DNA from: an uncultured archaeon
GTDB lineage: Archaea; Iainarchaeota; Iainarchaeia; Iainarchaeales; CSSED10-239
Direction of reading: 5' to 3'
NCBI GenBank assembly: GCA_964591795.1
Contig: CAZQEL010000003.1
Coordinates: forward strand, 51,288 to 62,282
DNA length: 10,995 bases
Shown: positions 6,737 to 10,995 of the stretch, piece after piece
Numbering within the stretch: position 1 is the first letter of the stretch
Layout of the letters: each line of letters opens with the position of its first letter
Program-made: the position numbers and the translations under genes
The notes under the pieces: generated by a model
Databases searched by the model: none
The model's input: only the letters and a program-made list of their open reading frames with translations
Told to the model about the DNA's origin: nothing

Positions 6737-7435
6737 ATGAGTATAAATATAAAATATTTAGGGCACTCATCATTTTTATTGACAATTGATAAGAAACGAA
6801 TATTAACAGATCCTTATTTTGAAAGTAAACCTTGTGGGACATTAAAAAGATTAATTCCTTGTCATCAAGAATATTCGGCATTACCAAAAATTCATACTAT
6901 TTTAATTAGTCACGAACATCCAGACGCATTTGACAAAGAGGCAGTTAACTTTTTATCTAATAAATATGAATCAAAAATAATTGCACATCACAGTATACTT
7001 AATCAAGTAGAAGCATTATTTCATAACAAAGTTCCAATTACTGAATATGAATCAAAAGATATTAATAACATTAATTTTAAAGCATATCCCGCACATCACC
7101 CTGGTGCATTTTACCCATTAAGTTATTTAATTAAAGACAAAGATGAAAAAACACTTTATTTTGCAGGAGATACTTTCATGACAAGAGATCATGATTCCAT
7201 AAAACCAAATATTGCAATTTTACCAATTGGTGGAAAAAGAACAATGGATCTTGGAACTGCAATAAGAGTTATGAAAAAAATGAGACCAGAATTTGTAATT
7301 CCAATGCACTATAATACTTTTGAAGATATTAAAAGAAATCCAGAAGAATTAATATATAGATTTGGAAAAAACTATAAAGATGTAAATACAGTAATATTAA
7401 ATCCAGGAAAAAGTTTTAAATATCCTAAAGCTTAA
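6737..7435 (+). CDS. Metallo-beta-lactamase-fold hydrolase (COG2220/UPF0173-like), specific function unknown
   Basis: N-terminal IKYLGHSSFLL, then ILISHEHPDAFD (MBL motif 2, reading HxHxDA rather than HxHxDH), AHHPG, FAGDT and IPMHYNTF. This is the usual order of MBL-fold motifs. 232 aa. Confidence 0.8.
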   Translation: MSINIKYLGHSSFLLTIDKKRILTDPYFESKPCGTLKRLIPCHQEYSALPKIHTILISHEHPDAFDKEAVNFLSNKYESKIIAHHSILNQVEALFHNKVPITEYESKDINNINFKAYPAHHPGAFYPLSYLIKDKDEKTLYFAGDTFMTRDHDSIKPNIAILPIGGKRTMDLGTAIRVMKKMRPEFVIPMHYNTFEDIKRNPEELIYRFGKNYKDVNTVILNPGKSFKYPKA

Positions 7436-8355
7436 TAATCTAAAACTTCTAAAAAATCTAAATCTTTTGGAACAGTTACAGATTTAAAACTTTTCTTAAC
7501 TTCTTTTAAAATTTTAATAGTATCTTTATATCTTGAAGAAATATGCACTACATATAAAGATTTAACATTTATTTTTTTTGAAAATAAAGCAAGTGCAGTT
7601 GTGTTTGTATGTTTAGTAATTTTAGCCTTATCTTTTTCTGCATCTAAAAAAGTACATTCATGTATTAAAATATCTGGTGAATTAACAACTTTTAAATTAG
7701 TTTTAATTGGATAAGTATCTAAAAAATAAATTATTTTTTTACCAATCTTTTTAAATGAATAATCTATAACTTGTTTAGGATAAATAGTTTTACCATTAAC
7801 CTTAACAGATTTACCTAACTTTAACTTACTGTATAAAGGACCTTCAGGTATTTTTAATTTCAATGCTTTTTGTTTATCAAACTTACCAATTTTATCAATT
7901 ATTTTAAATACATAACCTAAAGATGAAATTGTATGATCTAATTTAATTGCTGTTATTGATAAATCACTAAAAGATATTATTTGATTTCTCTTAAGTTCAA
8001 CAAAATTAATTTTATAAGTTAAATTGACATGAGCATGTTTTAAAAAATTTTTAATAAAAGTTTTATATCCTTCAGGAAAATAAATAAAAAGATCTTTTTC
8101 TCTTTTATTTAAAGACATACTTGATAATAAACCTAAAAGACCATAATAATGATCACCATGAAAATGAGTAATAAATATATGTTTTATTTTTAAAAGACTT
8201 TGACCAGATTTAATAATTTGCTGTTGAACATTTTCACAAGAATCAAAAAGATAATTAATACCTTTATAATTTATTAATAAAGAAGTTAAATTTCTGTCTT
8301 TTGTAGGAGTACTTGCACTAGTACCTAAAAAATGTATTCTAATTTTATCACTCAT
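7432..8355 (-). CDS. rnz: Ribonuclease Z (tRNA 3' endonuclease, short form)
   Basis: N-terminal IHFLGTSASTPTKDRNLTS, the MBL motif FITHFHGDHYYGL, and later H/D motifs (KLDHT, IHECTF). The 307-aa length is typical of short-form RNase Z. Confidence 0.87.
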   Translation of the reverse strand: MSDKIRIHFLGTSASTPTKDRNLTSLLINYKGINYLFDSCENVQQQIIKSGQSLLKIKHIFITHFHGDHYYGLLGLLSSMSLNKREKDLFIYFPEGYKTFIKNFLKHAHVNLTYKINFVELKRNQIISFSDLSITAIKLDHTISSLGYVFKIIDKIGKFDKQKALKLKIPEGPLYSKLKLGKSVKVNGKTIYPKQVIDYSFKKIGKKIIYFLDTYPIKTNLKVVNSPDILIHECTFLDAEKDKAKITKHTNTTALALFSKKINVKSLYVVHISSRYKDTIKILKEVKKSFKSVTVPKDLDFLEVLDY

Positions 8356-8377
8356 ATTAAATATATAAAAACAAATG

Positions 8378-8385
8378 TATTTTAA
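8378..8385 (-). promoter_or_regulatory. TATA-box-like element (TTAAAATA on the minus strand) for rnz, with leaderless geometry
   Basis: Read on the minus strand, TTAAAATA lies at -30..-23 relative to ATG 8355. That is the same geometry as the TATA-like element before the MBL gene. There is no SD-like motif before the ATG. The call is weak because of the AT-rich background. Confidence 0.3.
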
Positions 8386-8404
8386 TAATATTGATATATA
8401 GTTA

Positions 8405-8413
8405 TATAAAATA
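8405..8413 (+). promoter_or_regulatory. TATA-box-like element (TATAAAATA) for lonB
   Basis: Lies at -32..-24 relative to ATG 8437, with no SD-like motif before the start. The 81-bp divergent spacer shared with rnz is nearly pure A/T, so the assignment is tentative. Confidence 0.3.
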
Positions 8414-8436
8414 AAAATAAAAAAACACGATTAAAT

Positions 8437-10308
8437 ATGAAAAAAATCACAAAAGAGCTTAATTTTAATGACACTAGTGAAATAATAGTGCCAAAAAAAA
8501 TAATTGACCAAGTAATTGGACAAGAAGTAGCAATTAATCTAATTAAAAAAGCAGCAAGTCAAAAAAGACATATAATGCTTATTGGAGAACCAGGAACTGG
8601 TAAATCTATGCTTGCCGCATCCTTAGCAGAAATATTACCACCCTATCAATTAAAAGATATTTTATCATACCCAAATAAAGAAGATTTACACAATCCAATA
8701 ATACAAGTAACAAATGCAGGAGAAGCTAAAAAAATTATTAATCTTGCAAAATTAGAAGCAGCAAAAGCAAATAGTTCACAAAAAATACTAGGTTTTGTGT
8801 TACCAATGGGTTGGCTTATTCTTGCAGTAGTTTTATGGCAATTTAAAATTATATCAGATATTGTATTTGGTGCAATGTTAATATTATCAGGATTTATTAT
8901 GATTGCAACAGCACTAAGTATGCAAATGATGCAAAAAGGAAAAATATTAATTCCAAAAATACTTATTGATAATTCTAAAAAGAAACATGTTCCATTTATT
9001 GACGCAACAGGAGCAAGAGCTGGAGCTTTACTTGGAGATGTTTTACATGACCCATTACAATCAGGTGGACTTGGTACACCTCCACACTATAGAGTAATTC
9101 CAGGTATGATTCATAAAGCTAATGGTGGAGTTTTATTTTTGGATGAAATAGCATCTCTTTCACCTAAATCACAACAAGAATTATTAACAATTTTACAAGA
9201 AAAAAAATATAGTATAACAGGTCAATCAGAATTATCTAGTGGTGCAATGGTTAGAACTACACCTGCACCTTGTGATTTTATATTAGTTGCAGCTGGTAAC
9301 TATCAAGATCTTGAAAGAGTACACCCTGCAATTAGATCTAGAATTAGAGGTTCAGGATATGAATGTCAAATGAACATTGATGTTCCTGACACCATTGAAA
9401 ATAGAAACAAAATTGCACAATTTGTAGCTCAAGAAATACTTAAAGATGAAAAAATACCTCATTTTAGAAAAGATGCTGTTGAAGAAATTATTTTTGAAGC
9501 TAGAAAAAGAGCTACAAGAAAAAATCATTTAACACTTAAACTAAGAGAACTTGGTGGAATTGTTAGAGCAGCAGGAGATGTTGCAAAAGAAAAAGGACTT
9601 TCCCTTGTTACAAAACAAGAAGTAATTGATTCTAAAAAATCATCTTCAACTTTAGAACAACAACTTGTTGCAAAAATGATGGATATTAAAAAAGATTATG
9701 ATATTTTTAAAACAGCAGGAAAAAAAATAGGAAGAGTTAATGGACTTGCAGTAATGGGTACTACTGACGCTGGAATAATGCTCCCCATTGAATGTGAAGT
9801 AACCTTTGCACAATCACTTAATCAAGGAAAAGTTATCGCTACTGGTAAACTTGGAGAGATTGCTAAAGAATCTGTTGAAAATGTATCTGCAATTTTTAAA
9901 AAAATAACAGGAAAAAATATTTCAAATTATGATGTGCATATTCAGTTTTTACAAACACACGGTGTTGAAGGAGACTCTGCATCAATTTCAATAGCGAGCG
10001 CAGTAATATCTGTTCTTGAAAACATTCCAATAAAACAAACAATTGCAATGACCGGATCTTTATCAATAAGAGGAGAAGTACTTCCAGTTGGAGGAGTTAC
10101 TGGTAAAATTGGTGCAGCTATAAATTCAAAAATAAAAACTGTACTAATACCTTTTACAAACAAAGATGATGTAGTATTATCTGATAAACAAAACAAACAA
10201 ATAAAGATAATACCAGTAAAGACAATCAGAGAAGTTATTAAAGAAGCATTTGAAGATTGTCCACAAAAAGATAAATTATTAAAGAAGCTTTCTGCTTCTT
10301 TAAAATGA
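8437..10308 (+). CDS. lonB: Archaeal membrane-bound Lon protease (LonB)
   Basis: Walker [10 protein letters not shown]. Two hydrophobic helices are inserted into the AAA+ module ([20 protein letters not shown] and [21 protein letters not shown]), which is the LonB hallmark. Walker B is VLFLDEI. The protease domain has the catalytic Ser in EGDSASIS and Lys in GGVTGKI. 623 aa. Confidence 0.93.
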   Translation: MKKITKELNFNDTSEIIVPKKIIDQVIGQEVAINLIKKAASQKRHIMLIGEPGTGKSMLAASLAEILPPYQLKDILSYPNKEDLHNPIIQVTNAGEAKKIINLAKLEAAKANSSQKILGFVLPMGWLILAVVLWQFKIISDIVFGAMLILSGFIMIATALSMQMMQKGKILIPKILIDNSKKKHVPFIDATGARAGALLGDVLHDPLQSGGLGTPPHYRVIPGMIHKANGGVLFLDEIASLSPKSQQELLTILQEKKYSITGQSELSSGAMVRTTPAPCDFILVAAGNYQDLERVHPAIRSRIRGSGYECQMNIDVPDTIENRNKIAQFVAQEILKDEKIPHFRKDAVEEIIFEARKRATRKNHLTLKLRELGGIVRAAGDVAKEKGLSLVTKQEVIDSKKSSSTLEQQLVAKMMDIKKDYDIFKTAGKKIGRVNGLAVMGTTDAGIMLPIECEVTFAQSLNQGKVIATGKLGEIAKESVENVSAIFKKITGKNISNYDVHIQFLQTHGVEGDSASISIASAVISVLENIPIKQTIAMTGSLSIRGEVLPVGGVTGKIGAAINSKIKTVLIPFTNKDDVVLSDKQNKQIKIIPVKTIREVIKEAFEDCPQKDKLLKKLSASLK

Positions 10309-10314
10309 TTTTTT
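10279..10314 (+). terminator. Hairpin plus T6 at the lonB 3' end, possibly shared with the convergent minus-strand ORF
   Basis: 10-bp stem: 10279-10288 pairs with 10294-10303, with loop tttct, inside the last lonB codons. It is followed by aa-TGA-tttttt (T6 at 10309-10314). The convergent ORF ends only 11 nt away, at 10320. Confidence 0.4.
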
Positions 10315-10319
10315 AATAA

Positions 10320-10754
10320 TTATTTTCTATTTTTCTTAATTGTTTTTTTAGGAAAAATTGAATTTACACGTATGTTTGTTTTTTTCTTATTATTATACAC
10401 TATATGTAATTCTTTTTTTAAATCTTCAATTGTAAAATTCTTTTTAGAAAAACTTTTTGGTTTTTTCTTTGCAGAAGAATTAGAACTAATTGAAACATCA
10501 CCTCTTAGTTGAATAGGAACTGAATTTGCAAAATATTTTGGAACAGCTTTTGGAGAAAATAAAACTTCTAAAAATTTACTATTTTTAGTATTATTAATAT
10601 AAGCATCAATTATCTTTTTACTAATTAAATTTTTATTTTTATCAAAAGTTGTCTGTGCAAAAAATTTAACTAATATTTTTTATATAACGTCTTTGTTTTC
10701 ACTAATAAACTTTCTTTTATTAGATATTGTTTTGCTAGTTTCTAAAAATCCCAT
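10320..10754 (-). pseudogene. Hypothetical basic protein gene interrupted by one in-frame TAA (24 codons, stop, 119 codons); possible pseudogene, base-call error or read-through
   Basis: I translated this by hand on the minus strand. ATG at 10754-10752, then MGFLETSKTISNKRKFISENKDVI and TAA (10682-10680). The same frame continues as KILVKFFAQTTFDKNKNLISKKIIDAYINNTKNSKFLEVLFSPKAVPKYFANSVPIQLRGDVSISSNSSAKKKPKSFSKKNFTIEDLKKELHIVYNNKKKTNIRVNSIFPKKTIKKNRK, ending at TAA (10322-10320). The 119-codon segment has one internal GTG (10400-10398, only ~27 codons from the end) and no ATG or TTG, which explains its absence from the ORF track. The spurious shadow ORFs in this window reach only 60-86 codons. 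The plus strand is T-rich here, as over every other minus-strand gene. Confidence 0.55.
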
Positions 10755-10768
10755 ATTTTCTAAACCTA

Positions 10769-10995
10769 TTAAATTAACATACTTGATAAATAAAATTTAA
10801 TTTTAACCTTATTTTCGATATCATATTCTAAATAAAGTGGAGATTCATCACTAATTTTTAATAAAACATCAGTATCATTATCAATTGTTTTTGTAATATT
10901 TTTTAAATAGGATAAAGAAAATTTAACTGTAACATTACCTTTTGATTTAACTTTAGCTTTTAAAAGATTTGTTTCTATTTTTCCCTTATCACCAT
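10769..10995 (-). CDS. pcn: DNA polymerase sliding clamp PCNA, C-terminal 74 codons (5' part lies beyond the window edge)
   Basis: Hand translation of the minus strand gives ...GDKGKIETNLLKAKVKSKGNVTVKFSLSYLKNITKTIDNDTDVLLKISDESPLYLEYDIENKVKIKFYLSSMLI, with stop TAA at 10771-10769. The pattern (V/K)xFSLxYL ... P(L/M)xLEY ... hydrophobic-x-F-Y-L-(A/S) near the C-terminus matches my recollection of archaeal PCNA C-termini (for example ...YSLEYLKDM...MPMQMEY...LTFLLAPRVEE). It is not in the ORF track because no start codon lies inside the window. Confidence 0.68.
   Translation of the reverse strand, partial: GDKGKIETNLLKAKVKSKGNVTVKFSLSYLKNITKTIDNDTDVLLKISDESPLYLEYDIENKVKIKFYLSSMLI

Noticed and set aside
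9942-10196. 84-aa minus-strand ORF inside the lonB protease domain
   Set aside because: It is antisense to the most conserved part of LonB, which contains the catalytic Ser and Lys motifs, and nothing supports it independently.
10680-10682. Possibility that the in-frame TAA reflects a reassigned genetic code
   Set aside because: TAA is the terminator of aIF5A, metG, pheT, the membrane protein, the MBL hydrolase, rnz and the PCNA fragment, all at positions giving normal protein lengths. Genome-wide TAA reassignment is therefore not supported.
1-10995. Search for a defence island, mobile element, CRISPR array, toxin-antitoxin pair or other accessory system
   Set aside because: Every large ORF is a recognisable translation, proteostasis or replication housekeeping gene, or a single hypothetical. 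There are no integrase, transposase, nuclease-helicase or repeat-spacer signatures, no flanking direct repeats and no compositional break. The window looks like core chromosome.

Overview
This is a very AT-rich (about one quarter G+C by eye) archaeal chromosomal segment, densely packed with housekeeping genes. Archaeal origin is supported by an aIF5A carrying the hypusination motif SKPGKHG, archaeal/eukaryal-type PheRS alpha and beta subunits, a membrane-anchored LonB protease and a PCNA fragment. The divergent K/I/N-rich proteins and tight spacing would fit a small-genome (DPANN-like) lineage, but that is inference only. Gene order: Lys-rich small ORF (+), aIF5A (+), MetRS (-), PheRS beta (-), PheRS alpha (-), a signal-peptide/TM-anchored protein (-), an MBL-fold hydrolase (+), RNase Z (-), LonB (+). 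Two further minus-strand reading frames are missing from the ORF track. One is a 145-codon frame broken by a single in-frame TAA (10320-10754). The other is the 3' end of PCNA (10769-10995), which runs off the window. I see no CRISPR array, tRNA/rRNA, transposase/integrase, toxin-antitoxin pair or recognisable defence module, so I do not think this window holds a multi-gene novel system. The observations worth a second look are modest: (1) the interrupted ORF next to PCNA; (2) a compact TATA / 25-codon ORF / GC-rich hairpin / T-run unit in the pheT-metG spacer; (3) an SD-led, extremely Lys-rich 91-aa ORF upstream of aIF5A; (4) an MBL hydrolase whose HxHxDH motif reads HxHxDA; (5) two convergent MBL-fold genes whose stop codons share one TTAA. 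Several ORF-track starts also look over-extended, judged by recurrent GTGAT-type ribosome-binding motifs.
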